Notes under the pieces: model-generated | Told to the model about the DNA's origin: nothing | The model's database searches: none | The model's input: the letters and a program-made list of their open reading frames with translations, nothing else | Source of the DNA: the human T2T-CHM13v2.0 reference genome, Homo sapiens | Length of the DNA stretch: 64,000 bases | Assembly: GCF_009914755.1 (NCBI RefSeq) | Contig: NC_060947.1 | Strand: one strand, 5' to 3' | Position numbers and translations under genes: made by a program | In this document: piece after piece, positions 13,437 to 26,820 of the stretch | How positions within the stretch are numbered: the stretch's first letter is position 1 | How the letters are laid out: the number at the start of each line of letters is the position of its first letter

Positions 13437-14369
13437 CTATAGCATAGGTGAGTACCTGTTATCAAAACACGGGTGCAAAAGAGAGATGAAACAGGGATGC
13501 AAATGAAGAGAGGATGAAATGAACATTGCGCTGTGCAAAGGAAATGATTCACATTTTCACAAATTCAGTGGTCTTTTTATAAACTATACCTGTCAGCAGA
13601 CCTCACTGTTTGAAGTAAACAAGCTCAAAAACCAGAAAAAAAGCAAACAAGGCTATCTTTTTTACTTGGTGGAAAGTGGTAGATGTTCTAAGTAGAGACG
13701 CAGCATAATTCAATTTCACAACTCTCTGAGAGCTGCTATGTGCCCAATGCTGACATGGTTTCTGCTCCTGTGGTTCTCATCAGCCCACTGGGGAGACAGA
13801 CACACAGGAGAGAATCAGAGAACAGGAGATGGAAGCAAGCAAGTTGCTATAAGGTGGTTCATACATCAAATGCTGGGGGGAGGTCAGAGGTAGAAGAAGC
13901 TGATGTGGGCTGAGAACTTCTGGGAGGAGCTAAGACCCTAGCATCAGCAGTTCGTACCAGTGTGCTTGGTAACACCTCGGGGCCAACTGGACACTTTTCG
14001 TTCCTCTGTGCACAGAAAGCAGATCTTGCAAATCCTGGCGAAAGCCCATGCCCGAGTCCGAAAGAAAAGGCTTTGGGTGTCTGGGGCCGCTGCAGCTCCT
14101 GGTGTGTGCAATCAATTCCTAACTCAAGTGCAGAAGGCTTCCTTCCCTCAACCAGCCTGAGATACAGCATTCAAAGCACACCAGAGAAAGGTTGGGGGGC
14201 GGGGGGACGTTTCCAAGGTGAACACCGATTAGAGCCAGCTTTATTTTCATGAACTCATATGCATATTTTTAGCTCCCATATTTCCTGCTGGTTTGAAGAA
14301 GTGTATAAGCAACCATGTGGACAGCTGTGCTTCCCATCAGTGAGGCAGTGCTGGGAAGTAAAAAGAACA

Positions 14370-14570
14370 TGGGTTCCGTGTGAACTTGAGAGGTTCTACA
14401 ACCCCTCTGAGCCTTAATTTCCCCTTCTGTAAGTGGGGAAAGTGGGGCTAACAAGAGTAACTCATGGGAACTATCTAGTGGGGCTAACTAGAGTACCTCA
14501 TTGTTTTAAGGATCAAATGATTGGTGTGAAAGTGCTCACAGCAGCGGATGGCAAGTAGTAGGTACTATTG
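14370..14570 (+). mobile_element. MIR
   Basis: cctctgagccttaatttccccttctgtaagtgggga...ttgttttaaggatcaaatga...gtgaaagtgctcac. Confidence 0.65.
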
Positions 14571-15600
14571 TGATGATGATGGTGCAGTTCCGTGGCGTCC
14601 CATACAGGTAGCCCCCTGCGGTGTATGGGACCTCAGTATCTTCCAGGCGGGCATACCTCCGGACATCGCCAGCTCTGGGTGATTGTGAGGTGCCGCACGA
14701 TGGGGTCTGACGGCAATTGCTCATCCTCAGCAGTTTAAAAATGACATTTGGTTGAGTTGCCGTAGGTGTTATGGATGCTTCCCCCTCCTTCATTTGCGTT
14801 TTGCTGAGTTGTCGTCAGATATTATGTGGTCGGATGTTCCCGAGAAGTGCAAGCCCCTCCCCGTGGGCCGCCCAGGGGTGGCCCGCGGGCGGTGCGGGCG
14901 ACTAGCGGAGGTTGGAGTGGGCTTGTAGACTCGCTCTTACTCCCACCCTCTGGGAGGCCCCTAACCCCGCCCTTTCCCTGCTCGCGGCGAAGGCAAACTG
15001 CGCGCACGGCGCCCTCTAGTGCCCAGGAGCTGTCACTGCGCGGGTGCCCGCGGCCCCAGCTCTCCCCGCCCCACCAAGGGTGTTTGTGAAGATCCCTCGG
15101 CACGGCCGCATACCCCAATCTTCATTCCTGGGTGTCCTGACCATCCCCCACAGACCCATAAGACGCAGATCCGAGACCGCTTCTTGTTTGTTTATTTATT
15201 TATTTAGCTAAAAGTTTACTAAAACCGGGGGGCTCTGTCGGTTCTTGACTTTGCGGCACCTGCCCCCGAAGGCGCCGTCTCCTCCAGAGAACAGCGCCTG
15301 CGATAGGATTCAGCAGGGGTCACCCACACCCCTAACTCAACTCGAGGTGCGAGTCCCCATCTCGCAGCGCCCTCGCGACTGTCATCTGCTGCCTTCGCTA
15401 CCATTTTTGTTTGGAGAAGCACTGAGAGGAGAAAGGGGCAGTCTACTCCTCACTAAACGTAACCCGGTGGCCCCAGGCGCAGCCCCATCTCCTCGGATGC
15501 CAGGAAGATGCCCGCGTGCCGCTCGCGCGCAGGCGCTGTCGTTTTAGAAAACCCGGTGTTTGGTCAGACTTAGACATCGATTTCTACCACCCTCGCAGCT
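14550..15600. promoter_or_regulatory. CpG island (orphan promoter/enhancer-like)
   Basis: Sharp rise in GC and CpG density against a CpG-depleted background; GC boxes (ccccgccc ~14965 and ~15064); NRF1-like gcgcgcaggcgc ~15525-15536. Confidence 0.85.
15009..15025 (-). promoter_or_regulatory. CTCF motif
   Basis: Minus strand reads TGGGCACTAGAGGGCGC, close to the CTCF core CCACTAGAGGGCGC, and lies inside a CpG island. Confidence 0.7.
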
Positions 15601-16000
15601 TCTGTCTATTGCTTGGCAAACTGGTAGAGTAAACTGGATTTAACAAAGGGAAAATAAATTTGCCAGGGCCTGCTGTGCCGAAATGTGGGTTGCTATCAGC
15701 ACGGGCGCTTAATGAGGACTGAATTATCATTAATACGTGGATGAAATTTATAGTGCTCATTAATACTTCTGAAAGACAACATTCCAGGCGTTGTCTACCT
15801 CTTCCCTCTGCAAATGTGGATGGGATTCAAAACGTGTGTCTGGCTCGCGAGCGCACTTTGAAAGGCAATTTAATTATCATTCATTTCTGAATTTGGCCAT
15901 GGGGCTTGTAACACTGGCCTTCATTTCCCCCCTTCTCTGTGTTCTTAATGACACCAAGGTTTCTCTCTGTTGCCACCTAATGAATTTTACTATTGAATAG
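15600..16000. promoter_or_regulatory. Candidate conserved developmental enhancer
   Basis: Unique sequence with clustered TAAT/ATTA, CTTTGAA (TCF/LEF), ACATTCCA (TEAD), GTAAAC (FOX) and AACAAAG (SOX/TCF) motifs plus retained CpGs. Conservation not checked. Confidence 0.45.
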
Positions 16001-16929
16001 CAGAGGCTGCGAGAACATGTATTCATCCCTTCCAATGTTAAAATGTTTTAAAGTACAAAGTAAGAAGAATTATTATTGCTTGAATTATGGCATTATCTTC
16101 TCTTATTTGATTTTTTTTTCCTTCTCCCCTCTCCTTTTATGTAAACTCGGTAGGACAGGTTCATCACAAGTAGAACATTCCAATTCAGTACCCATCACTA
16201 AAAGTCTTTTCTGTGAAAGGGAGATTTGTAAGAGGCTGGAGAGAGAAAATGATAAGAGAAATACAATTGCAAAAAATATTGCATGCCACCTTCAAACAAT
16301 CCAAAGCTTACAGCAGCACTCATATTGTATGGGTCTTCTTAAATGCGTGTTTTTCTTCTTTTTCTTTTTCTCCTCTTACATCCTCTACATTTTAAAAGGC
16401 CAGTGTTCTAACCCCTGGGCTATGCAGCGAACTGCACATATTCTCTATATGTTAAATTCTATTGTCCGACATGTACAAAATCCAAGGTTCAAACTTGATT
16501 TCTTCTGTCAGTTTTCAAATGCTTGCTCCTCTCTGCAACTGTGCAACTTCCTTGCAAGTAGAAGAATTGGGAGGGAAGAGTAGGCCAAATATCAAAGAAG
16601 ATTCCCACTGCTCACGACTTAGCAGAGACTCATATATCTTTGGCTTACAGGGAAGTAGGCAAGACCCCTGAGAGAATTAGGCAGAGGGCCTGAGGGGCGT
16701 ACCTCGGCATGGTTAGTTTGTTTGTTTTCTGTATGAGGCGTTCTTCAGTTGGGTTGGTAGGCTGGACTCCCAGAAAGGGCTACTGGGTATTCTCATTGGT
16801 GTCACCAGCACTTTTCAAGTTGGGAGGGAAGGACTGACGTAGATCTCCAGGCTGGATGGTGGGTGGGGAGTTGGGCTAGCCTGAGGCCCCTGGGGCACAT
16901 TTGGCAACTAGGAGTTAAAGTTTGGACTC

Positions 16930-17075
16930 TTCCTTCTCCGAAGTACTAGTACTTTGAGTGGTTTCCCTCTGACTCAGAGCCTCAGTTTCCTCATGTGGAA
17001 ATGGACAACAACCACCTACAGGGCTGAGTGAGGATCAGAGAGGTTCATCAAGTGGGAAGCTCATAAGAAGAGTTT
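16930..17075 (+). mobile_element. MIR
   Basis: gcctcagtttcctcatgtggaaatggacaacaaccacctacagggctgagtgaggatcagaga. Confidence 0.7.
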
Positions 17076-20000
17076 AAGTTGTTGTTCATTCTGCTTTTGG
17101 TGAGATTGTGGATCCTGAGAACCTGTTGATTTGAGGTGGGGGTGGGGGCACAGTAGAAGGAGAAAACACCTGTCCACTAGAATTCTTTTTTCATGAGAAT
17201 AGTGAAGTGCAGCAACTCCTAGGAAAGAGAGAGAGGAGGATTCATGTTCAAGAGGACTAGTGCTAGGGTGAGCATGGCGATTGAATAGGAATGTTTCTGA
17301 GTTTGTTAACCTATGGACCAGGCTGGATTAAAGAGCTGAGGACTTATCCCAAAACTGACAGGATGCTGAACCATCATCAAATCTACCAGTTGGGTGTAAG
17401 GAAAACAATCTCCAAAAGAATGAGAAGCACTGACAGAAGAAGCAAGAAGAATGGAAGTTAGACTCAGAAAGAACTCTGTGAGTGAGGGCTGTGATCAGTG
17501 TTCAGCAAAGGGAGGAAATGAAATCCCATTCTGTGGAAACACAGTATTTCTAAAGAGCCTTGCCTGGGAGCACAACCCCGCTGATGGGCAGGCAGTTAAG
17601 TGGATGCTTCTGGAGGCATCTTTCTGCTTCACATTTTCGCATAAATACAGATTTCTTCTTACTGTTTTCAGTGAAAGCCAAAATTGATATCTTCTGTGCA
17701 GGATTGGTCTGAGAAAAAGAGATTTTTAGAATCAAAGTTTCCCCTTTCCTGAACAGTGTTAGCAATGATGGAATGGATTTTTATTCCAAGGGAGCCTTTT
17801 TATTCACATGCTCATTTATGGGCACACATCGAATGCCTGACTATCAGGAAGATTTTAATTTTCACAAGGCAACAAGCAGTTTTGGTTGCTATGGCATTTG
17901 TCAGTATCATTTTCACTATACAACGTCTTACAGAGCCTTCTGTTCTATAAAACCTACTTAGAACTTCAATCTTAATGCTGCTGCTTTTTTGTTGTTGTTG
18001 TTGGTCAAATGTGTGATGGTTATAGCATTAACAAAGCTTGCTTGGACAACGTAGACTCCCCTTTTCAAGGATTAACAATCTGAGGGGAGCTGTGACATTG
18101 CAGTTCTTTAAAGTCTTTATCAGGATTTCTGCACAGATGACGACTTTGAATCTTGTATTCTTTTCTGCCTGACTGGAAAAGTCAGCTTTTGCGAATACAT
18201 TTAAGGGGAAATTAATCTGCAGCTAAGTGGGAGTGGGGGAGCTATGTGACATGTTATGTAAGCTTCTAAAATGTCTTCTTCCTTCACAAATACAATTGAG
18301 AAAATCCCCTTTGTAACTAAAAGTCAATTTCTGCTGGAGGTGGGGTTAGCTTTCATTAGAAACATGATTAATAAGCTTTATAATGCTTATTAATTAGAAT
18401 GTCTGTCTAGTGGTTGCCTTAAGGAGGGTGGGATCAACCCTTTACCCCTAACTGGTTTGGAAGTTGAGGCTGCTGATGTCACACATGCACCAAGAAGTAT
18501 GAAAAGGCATACTTGCATCATGAGACTTTCTTGGGAGGGCAGGGCAGGCCCCCCAAACAGGTCCAAAAGCAGACACCAAAGGCTGAGTGAAGGAAGGGGC
18601 TAGTGGCTTTGATTTTATTGTAGTTAGGGCACGGGGTTGGGGTGAGAGTTCACATGCATGGGCTGAAGTTTGCATGGTTTGAACTTCCCCATGGGCTCCA
18701 AAGGAAGTATTACCTAGACTTTCTTATGGGCTTGCTTAAATATGGGGAAAAAGGGAAAGGGGATAGTTGGGATTGAAAGCTGTTGGCAGTCAAACACCAA
18801 AATCGAAGTGAGACTCTGTTGCAATTCACCTCTGATGTTTCACTGATGACTGAATTGTGCTACGTTTTATTTAATTGAATTTGAACTTGTTTAAGTAAGC
18901 CATTATGGTGCTCTATGAGGCCTGCAGCCTGAGACCAGTAAGGGAGGTGAATGTTTCTTTGAATATCTTGTTTAAGATACCAGCATTGTGGATTCTGAGA
19001 AGTGAAATGAGTGCCTTGGTCACTGTCAATGATGTCTGGAACTCTGAAGAGGATAATTAGTTCCTTGGTGAGGCCTTGTATTATGGTGTTAAATATGTGC
19101 TTGATTTGTATTTTGGTTATTTGTGAGGGAATAAATTTCCAGAATTCTTTGCCTTAAAGGGGGAAACCTTGGATAAGGGATCGTAGGTGCCATTGGTTAG
19201 ACCAGATGGCCGGATTGTTGGTAACATCCTTGATCAGGGACATCCAGGGTAGGAGATAGACAGCAGCAGCTCTCCAGCAACACTGCCATGTGTAAGGTGT
19301 ACAGACTCCCTTTTCTTATCATCCAGTTGATCCCAAGGGGCTCCCCATGTGGTCATTGCATCTGAGACATGGGTAATCTCCTTTGCATCTCTTAAAGGAC
19401 TGGGAACAGGAGAGGCCACCCCTTCCTTTCAGTGGAATATGCCAGAGGGTCCAGGTTTGGCTCCATCATGTAAGTATCATTTTCATTTCAATAAGGAGGG
19501 GTGTGGCCTTCATGATCAAAAGCATAATGGGCAGCTGGGTGCAGAGAGCCCCCTGTCAGAGTCTCCGTCTCCAAAACAGCATAGTATGCAGCCAGCAGTT
19601 GCTGCTCTAATGGTATGTAGTGTGGGGCTGAGGAGAGTAGGTTTTTCTTTCACATCAATAACCCACAGACAACTTATGGTCATCATAGGTGGTCCAGAGA
19701 CTCCACAAGACACAAGAGGTTGCTAAAACCTCTACAGTGAAGAACTCTTTGGAGGGCACTAATAGAACTGCCATTGCAGTTTAGACAGATTCTGGAGCCT
19801 TTTGTAGCAGGAGGTCCCATACAAGATGGGCTGAACTTAAGCAAAAATTGTGTAAGTGAGCTTAAGCAAAAATTGTAAACAAAGAATATGTTACCTCTAG
19901 GACCAAAAATGTCTGAAAGATGTTGGGCTTCATTTAATGATGTGGGTGCTGAGAGGGTCCAGCTATGTAGGGCAATGGGCACTATGACCATGGGCAATTT

Positions 20001-22308
20001 AGTTAAGGCAGTAGTTCTTGATGGTTAAGGTGAAACATACTTGTTTGTTTTCTATTTTTATATCTGGTAACTTCCGTAAGTGAATAGAAGATCCCACATT
20101 TACATTTAGTGGACCTCCATGTATAACTGTGATTTGAGCCCTAGTATCAATTAAGGCCATGAAAGTTTGCCAGTTAATGCATTTCAGCAGATGTTAAAGT
20201 TAATTTAGAATCTATGTCAGGTGCAAAAGCCAATCAGCACTCTTTCATTTTTCTGTTGCATAAATTATTTTAGTAAATTTTGGATATACAATTTGGTCAA
20301 ATTTCAGACCTCTGCTTCAGCTACTCTTTCCTCACCTTGTATTAATTTTTTGTTTTGTTGTTGTTATTGTTTTGGTGGTTACCAGATATACCTTATGGGG
20401 GGAAAGGGGTTGTCTCTGATCATGTTTATAAATTTCTTCCTCCAGAGAGTCCCAAATCAGTATCATCAGGGTTAGGGGCCTTTAATATGGCAATTATTAT
20501 TTCACTGGGTCAAGGTACACTAAACTTAAGTCAAGTTTGAATTAACTCCTTGGCATGTTGATCAGCTGTGGCTCTCAATAGGACCTAGAGTCTTCATTGG
20601 TCCATTTTACAATTATCCAATAGGGTGATGGTGTCCTCTGGCTCTTTAAGAGGGGTAGGGGAAAAACATTTAGAGTGCTTTTCATAAGGGTTTCTGTCAC
20701 GGGGGTGTCATGGGTGTTTCTCCTCATAATTCTGAGGATCAGGATCTTTTTTGCACTAGAAGCACTTAGGGTCCTAATGAGCCAACTTCTTTTAAGAATG
20801 TGACCTCAGCACTTGACATAGTGACTGCCTATTTTCTTCCTCACACCAGCAATCACCCATGACCACCTGATGGGCCTGCATATTGCACATGGTATCAATC
20901 TTTTTCTTGAACACTCTATAGAATGAGACCAATGCATGGCTGAAATGCACAACCAATAGACACAGAGTAAGAGTCATCTCTCTGAGTCTAGCATCAGTCC
21001 CAGTTCATGCTGAAATTGAGGCACATGATTCAATCTGAAACAGATAGGTTTGGGCTGGGATACCAAAACTGGGGCCATTTTAAGGAGGGCTGCAATCCTG
21101 TACTCTTGTCCCTAAATGCAAAACTTCTGACTTAGGGCAACAACTCTAACACAAACTTACTAGCAGGCAGGAGTGCAGCTCAAAGAGCACACTCAGGCAG
21201 CAGCTCTGAGTGCATGCTTGCCAGCAGGCTGCAGAGCCAGTTAGTAAACTGAAATCAAGAGAAGAAAGCCCTCCAGGAGGCAATAGTCATCTCTTAGACC
21301 ATCCAGCTCTCAGCACCAATGGTCTTGAGGTTTCTTCTCAGAGGGGAAGGCCAAGTCCCTTACCCCTACCCAAGAGTTTAGATCTTGAGACTGATGATGC
21401 CACACATGTACCACGAGGGTATGAAAAGGTTTATTATTCACATCATGAGGTTTTCTGGAGAGATTAGGGAAAGCACTCAAGCCTGTCCATTGGGCTGAAG
21501 TAAAAGAGGCTCTGGTTTTTAGTGTGGTTAGGAGTGGAGTAGGAGGGAAGTTCTGTGCATGTGGGCCAGAGTTGTTTTTTTTTTGTTTGTTTTTTTTTTT
21601 TTTTTTTGGTTTGAGCTTCCTCACTGGCACAAAGGAAAAGGGAGGGAGTGTTTGGGCTTTCTTACTGACTTGTCTAGATGTGGGGCAAAAGTGGAAAAGG
21701 GGAGTGGGGAGTTCAAAAGCTGTCAGCGGTTAAATATAAAAGATGGAGCTGGACTTCTTGTTACAATCTCCCTGTCACTTTGGGTGATATATTACATGCG
21801 CTAGTACAGTTAATGGGGAATGTAAGATGAATAAAATGATGAAACTGCCAAATTACTTCAAGGGAAAAATATCACATATTGAGTCCAGAGGAAATCAGTT
21901 GGGATACAAAAATGATCACATACCACTGAAGCAAAAACAGAGCTCTGGGATGAGATAATTTTGGCCAAAGAAAATAGAGCATTCTTTGCTGGTGCCATGG
22001 TCACTTCCTGAGTGCTCCCAAAGAGATGAGAGAAAGTAAACTCCTAGCATCATCACATTTAATACGTTTTCAAGGAAGGTTAAGGCTTTAAAAAAGTTCT
22101 TTGTCTACACTTAAACCTAAGCTCCCCATATCTCTGTCTCCTTTCTCTTCTCATGCTAATCACCACTTTTGGGGTAACCAAATTGCTTTCTCAAGCTACA
22201 TCATTGTCCAATCTGGTGACTGCTAGCCATGGATGGCGTTGAGCACTTATAATGTGGTTAGGATGAATTAAGTTGTGCTGGCAGTGTACAATACACAGAC
22301 TTAGATTT

Positions 22309-22759
22309 TGTATTAATTTGTTAGAGTTGCCATAACAAAGTACCACACACTGAGTGACTTAAAACAGGAGAAATGTATTGTCTCACAGCCCTGCAGGCTT
22401 AGAAGTCCAAGGTCAAGGAGTTGACAGGATTGGTTCCATCTGAGGGGTGTGAGGGAGAATCTGTTTAATGCTTCTCTTGTAGCTTCTGGTGGTTTGCTGG
22501 CAATCTTTGGCATTCTTTGGCTTGTAGAAACATTACACTAATCTCCGCTTTCATTTTCACATGGTATTCTCCCCGTGTGCATGTCTGTATCTGTGTCCAA
22601 ATTTCCCCTTTTTATAAGGACACATGTCAGATTAGGGCCCACCCTAATGATCTCATCTTGATCATCTGCAAAGATCCTATTTCCAAATAAGTTCCATTCA
22701 CAGGTACTAGAGGTTAAGACTTCAACATCTACTGGGGTGACACAATTCAATTCATAACA
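22309..22759 (-). mobile_element. MLT1C-type MaLR solo LTR
   Basis: TG...CA termini; perfect 5-bp TSD gattt at 22304-22308 and 22760-22764; MLT1C motif gcttctggtggtttgctggcaatctttggcattc. Confidence 0.9.
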
Positions 22760-22851
22760 GATTTTGAAGACCTAGTATGATAAAAAACGTAAAACATCTT
22801 ATTAATAATTTTTTGTTCATTACACATTGAAATGATAACATTTTGGGTGTA

Positions 22852-23279
22852 CAGTTAACCTTTGAACAATACTGATTTGAACTGCACAGGTCCACTTATA
22901 CATAGATTTTCTTCCATCTCTGCCACCTATGAGACAAAACCAACCCCTCTTCTTTCTCCTCCTCCTCAGCCTACTCAATGTGAAGACAATAAGGATGAAG
23001 ACCTTTATGATGATCCATTTCCACTTAGGGAATAGTAAGTATACTTTCTTTTTCTTAATGATTGTATTCATAATTTTTCTTTTCTCTAGCTTACTTTATT
23101 GTAAGAATATAGCATATAATACATATAACATACAAAATATGTGTTAATCGACTGTCAATGTTATTGGTAAGCCTTCCAATCAAAAGTATGCTATTAGTAA
23201 TGTTCTGGAAGAGTCAAAAGTTATATGTGGTTAGGGTCAGTTCCCCTAAGCACCGCATTCATTGTTCAACGGTGAACTA
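22852..23279 (+). mobile_element. Tigger2a (MER28) mariner/pogo-type MITE
   Basis: TIRs cagttaacctttgaacaa / ttgttcaacggtgaacta; inserted after TA; internal gaagacctttatgatgatcca motif. Confidence 0.85.
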
Positions 23280-23313
23280 CATTGGTTTAAATATAATATA
23301 TTGTTAAAATTAA

Positions 23314-23653
<340 letters not shown>

Positions 23654-23744
23654 TAAAGTGTGGCTACTAGAAAAGTTTATAATTAATTATGTGGCTTGCA
23701 TTTGTGGCACAAATTCTATTTCTATTAGACAGGATTGCTAAAAC

Positions 23745-23952
23745 AAAGGTTGGCAAACTACAGCCTGCACACCTGCCCACTGTCTGTGTTGTAAATGAAG
23801 TTTTACTGGATAACAGCCATATTCACTGATGTATGTGTTGCTGGTTTCACATTACAATGGCACATTTGATTGCTTTTGACAGAGATCAGATGGCTTACAA
23901 AGCCTAAAAACTTACTATCTGGCCTTTAACAGAAAATGCTTGCTGACATCTG
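23745..23952 (+). mobile_element. MER58A-like hAT MITE
   Basis: caaaggttggcaaactacagcc...gtaaatgaagttttactggataacagccat...ggcctttaacagaaaatgcttgctgacatctg. Confidence 0.8.
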
Positions 23953-25569
23953 CTGTGAAACATGGCTTTAATCCTGTCAATGCCCTGCTCCAGAACCTAC
24001 AGTATCTCTCTATTGTTTATTGGAGACCCTCCAGCCAGCCCACTCTGGTCTTGATCATGCCTTATCCTTCTCACCAATCATTAGAGAATAAGCTGAGCCC
24101 TTGACTCCTCTTGTAGGTCCTACACTGCCTAGCCACTGTCTGGCACACTAGGGCCGTAAGGAGAGAGTCATAGAATTCGTTGCAAATGTCACAGGCACTT
24201 GATTGGCAGGCGGGGTGTGAAGAGAGGTGACTCCTAACAGAGCTGACCTTTACAGGGCTTCCATTGCCTCTCATCAGATGTGTGAAGGAAAACTCATATC
24301 AAGGCAGTTCCAGGTTCCACCTGCAGGCACTGGAGGGTTCCATATGTTTGAACATTCTACTGCTGCTTTTGATACCTGCAGCTATCATTTATTGAGAGCT
24401 TACTGTGCGCCAGGCCTTTTGCTAAAAGCATTATCCAAGGCATTATTTCATGTAATTTTCTCTAGCCTGGAAGGTTGGTACAGTTAGTTCTGCTATAACT
24501 CTTGTTTTGAAAAATGTGAATTTGCTTTATGTGATTGACAATATTAGGGAACAATTTGGGCATAACATGAACTTTTTGTTTGCTTATGGGCAATTTCTTC
24601 CACAAAAAACACTAAGTGAACACAAGAACCTGTACCCAGCTGAATTGAACCACACAGGAAAACACAAATCATGGGCATTCCTGCGTGCATACACACACAC
24701 ACACATACACACACATCCAACATTTACCAGCTACCTCAGTTCACCAAGATGTGTGGGATGAGCCACACTGGGCCACATCTGCTGTTAAAACTTCTATTTG
24801 ATTTCAGATCACCATCCTTTCACCACTTCACAAGAACTCACAAACTGTGACTCTTCCAAGAGTCACTTCCACAAGCAAACTTCAGGTCTTTTTAAAGTTC
24901 CACATTTATTGTGGTATTCGTCTGCAAAACTGTGATGCTGTTTTCATTAGGTTCTTATCTTTTGAAATGTTTTGATGAAGTTTTTGAGTGTTGTACCTCT
25001 AAAGCCATTTTTTTCCCCATAAGCCCTCTGACTTTTAATGCACAATTCTGCACAGTGTGGAAATTTTTAGGAACACATATGTCACAGTTTAGCAGAACTA
25101 GCTTACTATAATTACTCCCATTTTGCATGTGGCAAAACTGAGAGCTTAAGAGAAAAAGTGACTTGGCTATGGGGCTATAGAGTTGGATTTTGAATCCAGA
25201 TCTCCCTGACTCCATAGCTTAAACTCTTGACTATCCTACTCCGTTAGTTTACAACCTATAAAATAAACGGTACTTTTGGCTACCCAAGTTTTTAAAACAA
25301 AAGTTGGAGAGATCTGGTGGAAAGTAAGCCAGAGCCTTTAGTTTACTTATGATGCTTTTGTTTTGCTTTGTTTTCTTGTGGTTTGGGGGTTTGATAAATG
25401 GACTCAGGGTTTTGTTGCTTTCCATACTTCTCCAATTGTAGTACTGAGGCTGGAGGGAAGATTGGGAGTGGCTAGTGAACAGGAACCTCTTACAAAGGAC
25501 TAGAGAGGAAATCAATTCTCTCTTTGCCTAGAGATGCAAGCATAATGGAAAGATCTAGGCATCATAGGA

Positions 25570-25765
25570 GGCCATAGAGTGAGTCAGCAAATCAATGCTG
25601 ATTGTTTTTTGAAAGCTAATGCAATGCTGTGATGTGTAATAATAACAGAAATACAACCTACAGGAATCATAAAATAACCTTTAGCATTGATCAGGGCCTT
25701 ATTAGAGTAGTGTGATTAGCTTGGGGTCTGTAATTGAAGAGAGATGTGAAGAAGTCAGAGGAAAG
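25570..25765 (+). mobile_element. L3/CR1 LINE RT C-terminal remnant
   Basis: gagtcagcaa...aaagctaatgcaatgctgtgatgt...gcattgatcagggccttattagagtagtgtg resembles the CR1 segment encoding SQQ..KANAILG..ALVRPHLEYCV. Confidence 0.55.
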
Positions 25766-26394
25766 AGAAAGCTGTCGTGGCTTGTCCCTGAATACCGTGC
25801 GCTGCAAGGACTCTGTACACAGACTCCCTTCTCATACTCTAACTATTGCACCGGGTGTTGCTATGACATCATCCTGAGCCTATAGGCCCTGAGAGAATGA
25901 AAGATGAGGATAGAGCATGAGGAATATGATTTGCCAGGAGGCAGAGCACCTAGGTGGTAAAGGCAGAACAGGGTACTTAGAGCAGAGACTAGGCAGGAAA
26001 GCTGCAAAGGGACACAGTTAACTCAAACATCAGCCAGAAGTGCTGTTTACACTGGCAGCTTGCAGTCAAGGTAGGTTTGCTGAGGGAGAAGCAGAGCATA
26101 TTGTCAGGTTAGGACTGCAGAGGGGGTGAATCTGTTCCAAGTGGAGAGCACCCAAGGACTGGGGATGATTACTGAGAACTCCAAAATCTTTGGTTGGTTA
26201 AAAGCAAAATTATTTTACAAATTTGAATACAAAAGAAACACATAATTATTGTAAAGGATTTGGAAAATAAAGAAGAGCAAAAGAAGAAAATACCAGTTCC
26301 CTCATATCCTACCACTTAGAGATAAGGCCCTGGTAACACACTGGTGTTTTTCCTCCCAGTCTTTGTTCCTTACATGTTCAAAACTGTGCATAAA

Positions 26395-26820
26395 GTAATA
26401 CTATATTGTTAAAGAGCTTGGCCTCTGGAGTCAGGCTCCCTGGGTTTGAATCCTGGTTCTGGCATTTAGTAACTATGTGCCCTTAAGCAAAATCATTTAT
26501 CCTTTCAGATTTTCAATTTCCTCATCTGGAAAAATTGAGGGTGGCTGGTCATGGTGGCTTGTGTCTGTAATCCCAGCTACACAGAAGGCTGAGGTGGGAG
26601 GATCACTTGAGCTCAGGAATTTGAGGCTGCAGTGAGCTATGGCCATACCACCGCACTCTAGCCTGGATGACAGAATGAGTCTCCATCTCTACAAAACGAA
26701 AAAATTGGGATGATGTCAGTAACTGTCTCACAACGATTATGAGATTAAATGTTATGTTACACCATATATAGCTTTAGCATAAAGCTTGACACATTGTGAG
26801 CACTCAATCATTTTAGTTAT
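26395..26820 (+). mobile_element. MIR interrupted by an Alu monomer
   Basis: ctctggagtcaggctccctgggtttgaatcctggttctggcatttagtaactatgtgcccttaagcaa...ttcctcatctggaaaa; MIR sequence resumes after 26700. Confidence 0.8.
26544..26697 (+). mobile_element. FRAM/FAM Alu monomer
   Basis: Single right-arm-type monomer (gaggatcacttgagctcagg...gaggctgcagtgagctat); gaaaaattg flanking repeat. Confidence 0.85.

Noticed and set aside
14822-15547. Several Pro/Arg/Gly-rich ORFs on both strands in the CpG island
   Set aside because: Expected from stop-codon scarcity in GC-rich DNA; no homology or convincing exon structure recognised.
15993-16583. 196-aa ORF just downstream of the CpG island
   Set aside because: Non-ATG (TTG) start in the ORF track, Cys/Phe/Ser-rich low-complexity composition from T-rich DNA, no recognisable domain; likely spurious.
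24070-24250. CCAAT and GC-box motifs suggesting a promoter
   Set aside because: Short motifs in CpG-poor sequence; expected by chance.
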